DNA of 64,000 bases from IMG/VR virus record IMGVR_UViG_3300008448_011290; one strand, given 5' to 3'. Under the pieces are notes generated by a model. The model was not told where the DNA came from. It did no database searches and saw only the letters and a program-made list of their open reading frames with translations. This stretch comes from a virus. Below, piece by piece: positions 1-9,826 of the stretch; position 1 is the stretch's first letter; every line of letters begins with the position of its first letter. The position numbers and the translations under genes were made by a program.

Positions 1-891
1 ACAGCAGGCAAAGTTTTAGGTGTTATCGGCGGGGTTAATAAAGTTATCTCTTCCAATCCCACTTTAAATCGTTTATTTGGTGCAGGATTAGGCAGAGGCG
101 CCGAAGCGTCTGATCAATTAAACACACATGCTACGTGGACCACAAGAAACGGCCAAACAGATTTTAGAGTTAAGGTAACTTTACCATCAGAGAGTGATTT
201 AAATAATATATTCTTTGGAGGATCTCGACAGCAATTCAAAGACAATAAACAGAAATCACCAAACAATGTACTTTGGCCACTAGCTTCTGAAGGCGGAGTA
301 ATATTTCCTTTAACGCCAAGCATTATCATTCAACATGCTGCCAGTTACAATGCCATGGCATTGACGCACAGCAATTATCCTTTTTATGCCTATGGACACA
401 GTGAGGTACCTTCATTCACAGTGACAGGAGAATTTCCTGTACAAAATTATGAAGATGCTCAATATTGGGTAGCCATGTTACATTTCTTTAGATCAGTGAC
501 CAAAATGTTCTTTGGAGGACAGAACGATTCTTTAAAAGGAAATCCTCCACCGATTCTACAACTGAACGGATACGGCAGTTATGTATTCAATAATGTTCCT
601 GTGGTAGTTACTAATTTTAACGTGGACATGAGAGCCGACGTAGATTATATTTGTACCACACAAAGTTCTATGGTGGGCAAAGGTGGAGTAAATTTAAATT
701 CTTTGTATAGTGATTTAAGTGCAGGAGTAGTTGCCAATCCTGATAAGAACAACACCTGGGCTCCGGCTCTGAGCACAGTAACTCTACAATTACAACCGGT
801 ATATTCTAAAGAAACTATCAAGAAATTTAACATGAGAGATTTTGTTAATGGTCGTCTTAATGGCAGCAGCAAAGAGGTAGGATTTATCTAA
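1..891 (+). CDS. Baseplate/tail-tube junction-type structural protein (T4 gp48/gp54-like), 5'-truncated by the window edge
   Basis: Frame 1 is open from base 1 (TAGKVLGVIGG...DFRVKVTLP...GGVIFPLTPSI...HAASYNAMALTHSNY), so the 355 start in the track is internal. It is the first gene of the baseplate cluster; the family call is from context and motif resemblance. Confidence 0.55.
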   Translation, partial: TAGKVLGVIGGVNKVISSNPTLNRLFGAGLGRGAEASDQLNTHATWTTRNGQTDFRVKVTLPSESDLNNIFFGGSRQQFKDNKQKSPNNVLWPLASEGGVIFPLTPSIIIQHAASYNAMALTHSNYPFYAYGHSEVPSFTVTGEFPVQNYEDAQYWVAMLHFFRSVTKMFFGGQNDSLKGNPPPILQLNGYGSYVFNNVPVVVTNFNVDMRADVDYICTTQSSMVGKGGVNLNSLYSDLSAGVVANPDKNNTWAPALSTVTLQLQPVYSKETIKKFNMRDFVNGRLNGSSKEVGFI

Positions 892-1190
892 TGGCTCAAT
901 ACAGCAACACATCTCCTTATTTTAATACATTAGAGAATAATATTAGTTTGGATTTTTTAATCCCTAGGACTATAACAGCAGAAGCAGATGATATCTCTTA
1001 CACCATTGATAGAATTTATGCTTATAGGCCAGACCTATTAGCGTATGACTTGTATGGCACACCAAGATTATGGTGGGTATTTGCTCAAAGAAATCTAGAT
1101 ATTATTGAAGATCCTATCTATGATTTTTCTCCAGGCAAAGTAATACAGTTGCCTAAGTTAAGCAATTTAAAAAGTGATCTAGGCCTATAA
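891..1190 (+). CDS. Baseplate wedge protein, T4 gp53-like (LysM-like)
   Basis: Motif YAYRPDLLAYDLYGTPRLWWVFAQRN; 99 aa; position in the baseplate cluster. Confidence 0.8.
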   Translation: MAQYSNTSPYFNTLENNISLDFLIPRTITAEADDISYTIDRIYAYRPDLLAYDLYGTPRLWWVFAQRNLDIIEDPIYDFSPGKVIQLPKLSNLKSDLGL

Positions 1191-1193
1191 CAA

Positions 1194-3374
1194 ATGACGA
1201 TTAATTCAGATGCTATGCAAGGAGCTCCGATTGGTACTGCCAGATGGAAGACGGCAACCGAAGAGAATGTTCTAGATAGATATGCTTCATACAATTATAT
1301 TTTTACGTTATCCACAATACCTAGAGAGCAACTTTTAAATCCTACCAGCATAATTGCGAGCAGACCTCGCGATGTTATCGCTAAATCTGCAGGCATAGGA
1401 GATGAAGGTAATTATTCTCCATTCAATGAAAAAGGACAAGTTGCTACATCGTCAGCAGCACGTTCAGGATATGTGGATAGAATGATCAATACATTAAAAC
1501 CAGAAACAATAAAATCGTTAAATGAGTCCAACAAAATACTTCAAAGGGGACATGACATATTTTTTAAAAGTGTCACTATAGAAGGACTGAACGCCGCTAA
1601 TGAAGAAAGAAAATTAGTAAGTTTTAACTCGTTGAATATGACATTACAGGAACCATTTGGAATCACACTATTTGAAAAATTACGTGCTGCAGCTTTTAAT
1701 AATGGGTATAGAGATTATATAGATTGTCCTTATTTGATCAAGATAGAATTTCGAGGATTTGACACCAAAGGAAATCCTCTACAAGTTATAACTGCTAGGC
1801 ACATACCAATTAAAATTGCAAGAGTAGAAATGTCTATCGATGCCGGTGGGACGAATTACGATGTGCAAGCAATGGCGTGGAACGAGTATGCAATGACAGA
1901 TAAATTTTTATACACTAGAGGCACCGGCGGATCCTATACTAATTCAACAAAAGACAAAGAACTCACAGGAGTGGATAAGAGAGCACAAACTCTCAACGGA
2001 GCTCTAACACTCTTAGAAGAGAATTTAAATGAACAACAAAAGATAGAATTACGATACCAATTGCGAGACAACGAAGGAACACTGGATCGGTACATCATAG
2101 ATGCAGCACCCGGGGTGTATCAATTCACAGAATCTAGCGGAAACTCTAATTTTGATGAAACGAGTCCAGGACCGGGGTCTTATAAATTCACTATTAGGCC
2201 AAATCAAAGTATAGCACAAATTATACAAGACATTGTGCTACAAACCGAGGAATATAGAAATATAGACAAGATTGTAGAAAAGTATTGGAAAGATATAGGA
2301 AACGCACAGGAATTAGAAGGACAAATAACAAATGAAGAGCTCAAAACAATGATCCCAGATTTTATGGTGCCGTGGTTCAAAATTAAAACTTCTATATACA
2401 ACACCGAAGCGTTTGATAGAACAACTAAGATGCATGCTAAAATAATACATTTCCAAGTGATTCCATATAGAATACACATATTAAATTTTGCAGTGCCAGG
2501 CCTCAGTGGTAGTCCATCATGGAATAGGAAAGCATTAAAAGCCTACAAATACATTTACACAGGAGAAAATACTCAAATATTAGATTTAAAAATTAATTAC
2601 AATTATGGATTTTATCAGGCAGCATTATTGGATGGATCTAGGAAAGATGCTCAAACTGCTAGAGAGGTAAAAGATTTATCATTGGTACAATATGCTAGAC
2701 AATTTGGTAACAAATCACTAGACTACCCAGAGGAGATGTTGCCAATGAGGAAATATCCAACCACAGTGAAGAACGAAGACGTATCCACAGAAGACAGAGG
2801 CAGCAGGACACAGGTAGACGGATTCATGGAATATCTAACCAATCCTTTAGCAGACATGGTGAATGTAGAGATGACTATAATGGGAGATCCTGCATTCATA
2901 GGACAGGAAAACTATCTACCTATAGAAAGAAAAACCACGGCAACTGAGAACGGCGGAGGTCAAGTATCAGAGCAAGTGCCAAGATACAAAGGACTTTATT
3001 GGGATAAAAATTTAGGATGTTTTAATTATGATCAAGCAGAGGCATTCGTCACTTTAGATTTTAGATTTCCTACAGATATAAATGAAAAGAAGGGTGTAAT
3101 GGATTTTCAGTCAATGGAGAATGTATTTTTTAGTGGATTGTACAGAGTGACTAAAGTAACAAGTAATTTTGATCAAGGAAAATTTACACAAACACTAGCC
3201 CTAGTTAGATTTGACCAGCAAGGAAAAGAAATTAATGTTGTGGAAAATATAAAAATATTGTCAGATGCTAAAGAGAAACTGATAAATTCTTTGAGTGGAA
3301 CATACACATTGACCAACCAAGAGCTTGATGCCAAAACACAGGCAGATAATCAACTCGGAAGTGGAGGAGCATAA
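1194..3374 (+). CDS. Baseplate hub protein (gp27-like)
   Basis: 726 aa between the gp53-like and gp5-like genes; C-terminal MTIMGDP...FSGLYRVTKVTSNFDQGKFTQTL is typical of hub/late-control-D folds. Confidence 0.65.
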   Translation: MTINSDAMQGAPIGTARWKTATEENVLDRYASYNYIFTLSTIPREQLLNPTSIIASRPRDVIAKSAGIGDEGNYSPFNEKGQVATSSAARSGYVDRMINTLKPETIKSLNESNKILQRGHDIFFKSVTIEGLNAANEERKLVSFNSLNMTLQEPFGITLFEKLRAAAFNNGYRDYIDCPYLIKIEFRGFDTKGNPLQVITARHIPIKIARVEMSIDAGGTNYDVQAMAWNEYAMTDKFLYTRGTGGSYTNSTKDKELTGVDKRAQTLNGALTLLEENLNEQQKIELRYQLRDNEGTLDRYIIDAAPGVYQFTESSGNSNFDETSPGPGSYKFTIRPNQSIAQIIQDIVLQTEEYRNIDKIVEKYWKDIGNAQELEGQITNEELKTMIPDFMVPWFKIKTSIYNTEAFDRTTKMHAKIIHFQVIPYRIHILNFAVPGLSGSPSWNRKALKAYKYIYTGENTQILDLKINYNYGFYQAALLDGSRKDAQTAREVKDLSLVQYARQFGNKSLDYPEEMLPMRKYPTTVKNEDVSTEDRGSRTQVDGFMEYLTNPLADMVNVEMTIMGDPAFIGQENYLPIERKTTATENGGGQVSEQVPRYKGLYWDKNLGCFNYDQAEAFVTLDFRFPTDINEKKGVMDFQSMENVFFSGLYRVTKVTSNFDQGKFTQTLALVRFDQQGKEINVVENIKILSDAKEKLINSLSGTYTLTNQELDAKTQADNQLGSGGA

Positions 3375-5890
3375 TGCCAGGCGATACATCAACACCCAAT
3401 AGACAGAATAGAACTTCTACCTACACAGAGGTCAATCCTGGCCCCTATATCGGCATAGTGAAAGACAACGTGGATCCTTCTAAAATGGGAGGATTACGAG
3501 TGCTGATACCCAGTCTATCAGGAGTTAACGAAGGGTTTGCTGGGCAGCTCTATGATGTGCAATACCTTATGCCATTCTATGGTGCTAAGAGTACCAATGC
3601 ATTGTCTGGCAGCACAGCGGGTGACGTAGCCAAATATGAAGATGGAGCTCATTCTTATGGAATGTGGATGGTGCCCCCAGACATAGACAGTCGAGTGCTG
3701 GTTATATTTGTAGAAGGCAAAATTTCTCAGGGTTTTTGGTTTGGTTGTGTACAGGATCCTTTAACCAATCACATGATTCCAGGCATAGCAGCATCGAAAG
3801 ACACAGTGGGAGAAACATCATCAGAAGATACCACACAAGATCTTAAAAGAGAAATTTATGGCACAGATATAGTGCCAGCCGGAGAAATAAACAGGAAATT
3901 ATATAATTTTAGTGGAGGAGCAGGAGGCACCGATAGATTAAGGAAACCTATACATCCATTCGCAAATACTCTGAGAGAACAGGGATTGAGCCAAGACACA
4001 GTGAGAGGCACTACAACTAGCTCTGCACGTAGAGAGAGCCCTAGCGCCGTGTTTGGAATCAGCACACCAGGAAGAGTAGATCCTGAAAGAAGAAAAGCCA
4101 AATTAGGACCGGTAGATGCATTAGAAGACATACCAGTGGTAAGAAATGCTGGACACACTTTTGTAATGGATGACGGAGATGCAGTAGGAGACAATCAATT
4201 GATACGATTAAGGACCAGTTCTGGTCATCAGTTATTGATGCATGATACAGCAGGAGTGATGTACCTAGCCAATGCTAAAGGCACTGTATGGATGGAGTTT
4301 AGTAACGATGGTGCAGTGGATATCTATGCTCAAAAAGGTTATAACATAAGATCTGGGGGAGACATAAACTTTCACTCAGAAGGTGATATTAATATGTACG
4401 CCAATAGGAATATTAAAATTAAAGCCAACGAACATCTAGGAGAAGATCCATTAGATAGAACTATTAAAGGATTTGTCAGCATTGATGGTTCAATTATTAA
4501 TCAAATAGCCAGCCGAGCAATGAATGTGACAGTGGACAAAGGATACTACAGTCTGCGAACCGGTATGAGCATCTACACACAAGCAGCAGGTGGGCAACAA
4601 ATACATCAAGCATCAGGACAAGTGCACCTAGTGGGCAGTCAAGTCCATTTTAACAGTATGCCTGCAGATCCAAATCTAGTACAACCTTTGCAAAGAACTG
4701 CTTTCAATCAACCATATGGCACAGGAACTGGAGAAGTTCAAGTTCCCGATGTTACTCCTATTCTCAAAGGATCAGTTGGAGTGATGAAACAAGACAGAAG
4801 CATACCAGGCATGTCAGGCATGCGAGTGCCAACACATGAACCATTCCTATGGCACTATGACAATTTTAAAGCGTTTTCAGCATCTGGTAAGAGAGAAGAT
4901 GCCAATGTGCCAGGCACTCTTGGATATGCAGAACAAAGAAATAGAACCAGCACAGTACCTACGGTAAGATTAGGACAATATCAAGCCGACTTAGAAAAAT
5001 ATATTAAGAACACGGTTCCAGGTACCACAGATGTTGCGGCTATACAGAAAGCCACTGCTGATTTTACACAAAACTATTCAAGTATTTTCAACTTATCAGA
5101 CTCAGGACCACTGGCTATCAGACCATTACTGCCAGGAATCAGTGATGTTTCGAATCAAGTTATTAATAGAATCACAGGCATTGCAGGAGGAGAAGTAGGC
5201 AATCTATTCAAAGATCAAATATTTGTGAATCAAGCTGGCACATTGTATACACTTGGAGACATGGGTAAAGTTATTAATAATTTGCCAGGAGGCAATGTTG
5301 TTGGCAATCTTGCTGCCACAGCACAAAATGCAGTAAACGCCACTGTTGGAAATGTGATCAATAATGCGATCAGTAGCGGAGTTAACAGTGTAGCCAACAC
5401 TGTATTTTCTAATAGTAATGTATCTGCAGTTAAAGACTTTTTCCGAGGAGATGGTATAGACACGTATGCTCTCGCAAATGATATGTCTGTAAGCTCTTTT
5501 GTAGATCCTCAAGTATTTGGAGGAGGATTGCCAGACCTATTCAAAAATGTTGGAGATATATTTGGACAGGGAGCATTCGGAAACAATGTAATATCTGGTA
5601 TAAATTTAAGCAATCTATCTCCAGAAGGATTGATACAAGGACTGGGCACAGCAGCAATCAACACCGGCATAAGTATTGTGACAGATCAATTTAGAAATAT
5701 TATTGGAGGAGAGATTACTTCTTTAACTAATATAACAAGTGTACTGTCAGGAGGAATTGAAAACGTGCTAGGATCTGTGGCATCGAGTGTGGGAGATGTA
5801 TGGAGTTTTGCACAAGGTGGATTTGCTTTCAGTGATGGCGCTGATATTTTAACAGTAGCAGATTTTGGATTTGGAGGATTTGGGTGGTAG
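3374..5890 (+). CDS. Baseplate central spike, gp5/VgrG-like, with a long Gly/Asn-rich C-terminal extension
   Basis: N-terminal OB-fold motif GIVKDNVDPSKMGGLRVLIP...SYGMWMVPPDIDSRVLVIF; beta-helix region GHTFVMDDG/RLRTSSGHQLLMHD; RVPTHEPFLWH motif. Confidence 0.85.
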   Translation: MPGDTSTPNRQNRTSTYTEVNPGPYIGIVKDNVDPSKMGGLRVLIPSLSGVNEGFAGQLYDVQYLMPFYGAKSTNALSGSTAGDVAKYEDGAHSYGMWMVPPDIDSRVLVIFVEGKISQGFWFGCVQDPLTNHMIPGIAASKDTVGETSSEDTTQDLKREIYGTDIVPAGEINRKLYNFSGGAGGTDRLRKPIHPFANTLREQGLSQDTVRGTTTSSARRESPSAVFGISTPGRVDPERRKAKLGPVDALEDIPVVRNAGHTFVMDDGDAVGDNQLIRLRTSSGHQLLMHDTAGVMYLANAKGTVWMEFSNDGAVDIYAQKGYNIRSGGDINFHSEGDINMYANRNIKIKANEHLGEDPLDRTIKGFVSIDGSIINQIASRAMNVTVDKGYYSLRTGMSIYTQAAGGQQIHQASGQVHLVGSQVHFNSMPADPNLVQPLQRTAFNQPYGTGTGEVQVPDVTPILKGSVGVMKQDRSIPGMSGMRVPTHEPFLWHYDNFKAFSASGKREDANVPGTLGYAEQRNRTSTVPTVRLGQYQADLEKYIKNTVPGTTDVAAIQKATADFTQNYSSIFNLSDSGPLAIRPLLPGISDVSNQVINRITGIAGGEVGNLFKDQIFVNQAGTLYTLGDMGKVINNLPGGNVVGNLAATAQNAVNATVGNVINNAISSGVNSVANTVFSNSNVSAVKDFFRGDGIDTYALANDMSVSSFVDPQVFGGGLPDLFKNVGDIFGQGAFGNNVISGINLSNLSPEGLIQGLGTAAINTGISIVTDQFRNIIGGEITSLTNITSVLSGGIENVLGSVASSVGDVWSFAQGGFAFSDGADILTVADFGFGGFGW

Positions 5891-5893
5891 ATT

Positions 5894-6301
5894 ATGGCAT
5901 ACGAAGATAAAAATAGCAATAGCAACTTAAGACAAGTGTTCAAAGGTTTCAGTTCACGAGCCGATCAAAACAATTTTAGATTGTACGATTTTGAATTAAT
6001 CAAACAGGATCTTATCAATAGATTGAGTGTACGCAAAGGCGAGCGAGTGGAAAATCCTGAATTTGGCACTATAATCTATGATTGCATATTTGAACCTTTG
6101 ACCAATGCTCTAAAACAAGCCATAGCCGATGACATTACACAAAATTTAAATGCTGATCCACGTATTAGTTCATCTGATATCACTGTGAGCGAAACTGAAA
6201 AAGGCATTGCTGTACAAGCCACTATAACCTATGTACCCTACAATATTACCGAGAAATTAACATTCTCATTCGACGAAAACTCTCTTTTACGCCTGTCTTA
6301 A
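5894..6301 (+). CDS. Baseplate wedge subunit, gp25-like
   Basis: LIKQDLINRLSVRKGERVENPEFGTIIYDCIFEP...DPRI is the gp25/GPW signature. Confidence 0.9.
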   Translation: MAYEDKNSNSNLRQVFKGFSSRADQNNFRLYDFELIKQDLINRLSVRKGERVENPEFGTIIYDCIFEPLTNALKQAIADDITQNLNADPRISSSDITVSETEKGIAVQATITYVPYNITEKLTFSFDENSLLRLS

Positions 6302-6323
6302 TCTACGCACTTAATAATATCCA

Positions 6324-6329
6324 TAAATA
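6324..6329 (+). promoter_or_regulatory. Putative late-promoter core TAAATA upstream of the gp6-like gene
   Basis: ATAAATA in the short intergenic gap, resembling the T4 late promoter TATAAATA; the same core recurs before other structural genes. Confidence 0.55.
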
Positions 6330-6344
6330 TCCGTGTATTAAACT

Positions 6345-9300
6345 ATGTCCACTACTGATAGACAAAACCGATTGCTTGTAGCCGAAGATTGGCGCAAAAT
6401 CTATACCAGTTTCCAACAAGCTGATTTTAAATCCTACGATTTTGAGACACTGAGAAGGACCATGATTGCCTATCTTAGAGAAAATTATCCAGATGATTTC
6501 AATGATTTTGTTGAGAGTTCAGAATACATTGCGCTGATAGATCTTATTGCGTATATTGCTCAGAGTTTGAGTTTTCGAGTGGATTTAAATGCTCGAGAAA
6601 ACTTTTTAGAAACAGCTTCTAGAAGAAACAGCATACTGAGATTGGCACGATTAATCAATTACAATGCCAAAAGAAATCTTCCAGCCACAGGACTTTTAAA
6701 ATTTCAATCAGTGTCTACCACCCAGGATGTTCGAGACAGCGGTGGCAACAGTCTAGCCAACGTTACAATTGTGTGGAATGATTCTACCAATGCTAACGCT
6801 AGAGAACAATTTATTACTATATTGAATGCAGCCAATGTGTCCGGTCAATTAATTGGAAAACCCAAAGAGTCGGGCAACATTGGTGGAATTAAGACAGAGA
6901 CTTATATGGTGAATACCACTAATACAGACGTACCAGTATTCACATTCACTAGAGGCATAAGTGGAATAGCAAGAAACTTTGAAATAGTGCCAGCCACAAT
7001 ATCCGATTCAGAATCTATCTATGAACAAGCACCAGTGCCAGGCACAGGATTCACTTATGTTTATAGAAATGATGGAGCAGGTGACTCTAGTCCTAACACA
7101 GGATTTTTTGCTCTACTGAAACAAGGATCGTTGGCCAATCTTGAATTTTCTATAACTCAACCCACAACCAACTATGTTCAATCTATCAATGTTAACAACA
7201 TCAACAACATCGATGTGTGGTTGTATGAGTTAGATGATTTTGGACAGATAGAAAAATTTTGGACCAAGGTACCCGATCTCAGTGGTAACAATGTCATCTA
7301 TAACAGTTTAAATGCAGATGTTAGAGACATCTACAATGTTGTCACTAAAACCAATGACGCAGTGGATCTTGTGTTTGGAGATGGCAACTTTTCTAACATA
7401 CCATCGGGAAGATTTAGAGCATACTACAGAACCAGTGCCAATTCAAATTTCTCAGTTCAACCAGCCGACATGCAAGGCATATCATTCAGTATGTCCTACA
7501 CAGATGTCAATGGAGGAGAACAGACATTAACAGTCACAGCATCTCTACAACAGAGTATCTATAATGCTGCTGCAACAGAGAGCAACGACAGTATCAAAAC
7601 CAAAGCACCACAGGTATATTATTCTCAGAATAGAATGATCACAGCAGAAGATTATAATGTGGTTCCTCTATCAGCATCACAGGAAATTATTAAAATAAAA
7701 TCAGTAAACAGAAGTGCCAGCGGTATTAGTAGAGCCAAAGAGATCATAGATCCCACAGGAGCATACAGCAATGTATCAGTATTTGCTGATGACGGAATAC
7801 TTTACAGAGAAGAGAGCACACCAGAATTTACTTTTACATTTACAAATAGAAATGAGATATTAGACGTAATTAATCGATTGGTAGAACCAACATTGTCTTT
7901 ATCTTCTGCTAGACAATTTTATTATATCAAGTATGACAGAAGAGATCTTAGTGCTTTAAATGCCTCTTGGGTCAGCACAACCACAGGCACCAATACTAAC
8001 ACAGGTTATTTTACAGCTGGTGGACCATTAGCAGTGGGAGATTTTGCAACCACTAATTTAAAATATGCTAAACCAGGAGCTCTAATTAAATTTACATCGC
8101 CAGACACAAGAAAATTTTTAAACGGCAAATTAGTATCTGCAAGTACAAACCTAGCACAGGATAGACAGTGGAGTAAAATTGCTGCAGTGGTAGGAGATGG
8201 TGCTAACGGAGGAGCAGGCAATCTAGAAACAGGAATAGGACCAATTACATTAAATGATATAGTGCCTGAAGATGCTGAATTAGCATCAGTTATTCCTCAA
8301 TTCGTAACTGTATTTGATACTGCATTGAAAACAGATTTGCAAGATAGAATAGAAATTTATGAAGAGTTTGGTCTACGATTTGATGAAGAAAACTCTGAAT
8401 GGATAGTAATAACAGGTGCTAATTTAAATTCTTCTGAAGAATTTTCTTTGAACGATACAGGAGATAATACAAACACTAATCAAGATGCTAGTTGGTGGTT
8501 TAAATTTACCAACGACGGAAATACATACACAGTAACTTCTAGAGCATTGGATTATATTTTTGAATCAGAAGCAGATAATAAATTTCATTTTGATAGTCAA
8601 GAAAGAATATACGATTATATCACAGGAACATCAGTGAAGGACACTGTGAGAGTATTAAAAAGTAACACTGTGCCCAGCACAGGACTAGGCATAGGTTATC
8701 CAATTGATTGGCAGATTGTGGACACAGTGGAAGAATCAGATGGATATCAAGATAATAGAAAAGTTAAAGTCGGATTTTATGACAACGACGATGATGGAGT
8801 AGTTGATAATCCAGATATTTTTGATATTGTAGTAGAACCAGACGTATCTATCACAACAAAATTTGTATTTTTTGAAAAATATAACAGTTATGACAATATA
8901 GAAAGATACAGACCTTATTCAGCTACTAATTTTATAGTTACTTCTTTAGAATCTAATATTACAATACCGGGAGAGTACGAAGATGGACAACTATTTTATT
9001 TCTACACAGATGATGTGGTTAAAATCTACAACAGTGAAGCAATAACATTGAACACTACTACAGATTATTATGCTAGAAGAGGCAGAAGTGCTATAGAATT
9101 CCTATATAGACACAATGCTGGACAAGGCACTAGAATAGATCCTTCTCAAACCAATATTGTTGATATCTACATGTTAGAAAGATCTTATGATCAGTTATAT
9201 AGAACATGGTTATCTCAAGGTGGCACAGAACCTGCACCATCCACATCAGATCAATTAAGAATTTCTTACTCAGGAGTATTGAATCCATTAAAAGGATTAT

Positions 9301-9824
9301 CAGATCAAATAGTATACCATCCAGTGAAATACAAAATATTATTTGGATCCAAAGCAGAAGAACAATTCCAAGCCACATTCAAAGTGGTTAAAAACTCTCT
9401 AACCAATGTGACCAATGCAGTTATCAAAACTCGAGTTATACAGGCTATAAATGAATTTTTTGCTCTAAATAATTTTGATTTTGGAGATACTTTTTATTTC
9501 ACAGAGTTAGCTACTTACATACACAATCAATTAGCACCAGATCTATTAACAGTGGTTATAGTACCCAATCAAAACGAACAAGCATTTGGATCATTATTCC
9601 AAATCAGTGGTGCTGCAGATGAAATTTTTATCAGTGGAGCGACTGTGGATGATGTTGTAATCATTGATGCTATAGGTGCCAATCAGTTAGCAGCTAGCGG
9701 TACAGTTGTAACTAGTACTACTGGTACCACTACCAGCAATAGATCAACATCGGCAGTATCATCAGTTACCACAGGAAAATCTGGATCAAGATCCAACACA
9801 GGCAGTAGCGGAACAGGATACTAG
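6345..9824 (+). CDS. Baseplate wedge protein, gp6-like
   Basis: DFKSYDFETLRRTMIAYLRENYPDDFNDF...ENFLETASRRNSILRLARLINY, FGDGNF, and ESNDSIKTKAPQVYYSQNRMITAEDY are gp6/baseplate-J motifs. Confidence 0.9.
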   Translation: MSTTDRQNRLLVAEDWRKIYTSFQQADFKSYDFETLRRTMIAYLRENYPDDFNDFVESSEYIALIDLIAYIAQSLSFRVDLNARENFLETASRRNSILRLARLINYNAKRNLPATGLLKFQSVSTTQDVRDSGGNSLANVTIVWNDSTNANAREQFITILNAANVSGQLIGKPKESGNIGGIKTETYMVNTTNTDVPVFTFTRGISGIARNFEIVPATISDSESIYEQAPVPGTGFTYVYRNDGAGDSSPNTGFFALLKQGSLANLEFSITQPTTNYVQSINVNNINNIDVWLYELDDFGQIEKFWTKVPDLSGNNVIYNSLNADVRDIYNVVTKTNDAVDLVFGDGNFSNIPSGRFRAYYRTSANSNFSVQPADMQGISFSMSYTDVNGGEQTLTVTASLQQSIYNAAATESNDSIKTKAPQVYYSQNRMITAEDYNVVPLSASQEIIKIKSVNRSASGISRAKEIIDPTGAYSNVSVFADDGILYREESTPEFTFTFTNRNEILDVINRLVEPTLSLSSARQFYYIKYDRRDLSALNASWVSTTTGTNTNTGYFTAGGPLAVGDFATTNLKYAKPGALIKFTSPDTRKFLNGKLVSASTNLAQDRQWSKIAAVVGDGANGGAGNLETGIGPITLNDIVPEDAELASVIPQFVTVFDTALKTDLQDRIEIYEEFGLRFDEENSEWIVITGANLNSSEEFSLNDTGDNTNTNQDASWWFKFTNDGNTYTVTSRALDYIFESEADNKFHFDSQERIYDYITGTSVKDTVRVLKSNTVPSTGLGIGYPIDWQIVDTVEESDGYQDNRKVKVGFYDNDDDGVVDNPDIFDIVVEPDVSITTKFVFFEKYNSYDNIERYRPYSATNFIVTSLESNITIPGEYEDGQLFYFYTDDVVKIYNSEAITLNTTTDYYARRGRSAIEFLYRHNAGQGTRIDPSQTNIVDIYMLERSYDQLYRTWLSQGGTEPAPSTSDQLRISYSGVLNPLKGLSDQIVYHPVKYKILFGSKAEEQFQATFKVVKNSLTNVTNAVIKTRVIQAINEFFALNNFDFGDTFYFTELATYIHNQLAPDLLTVVIVPNQNEQAFGSLFQISGAADEIFISGATVDDVVIIDAIGANQLAASGTVVTSTTGTTTSNRSTSAVSSVTTGKSGSRSNTGSSGTGY

Positions 9825-9826
9825 AG

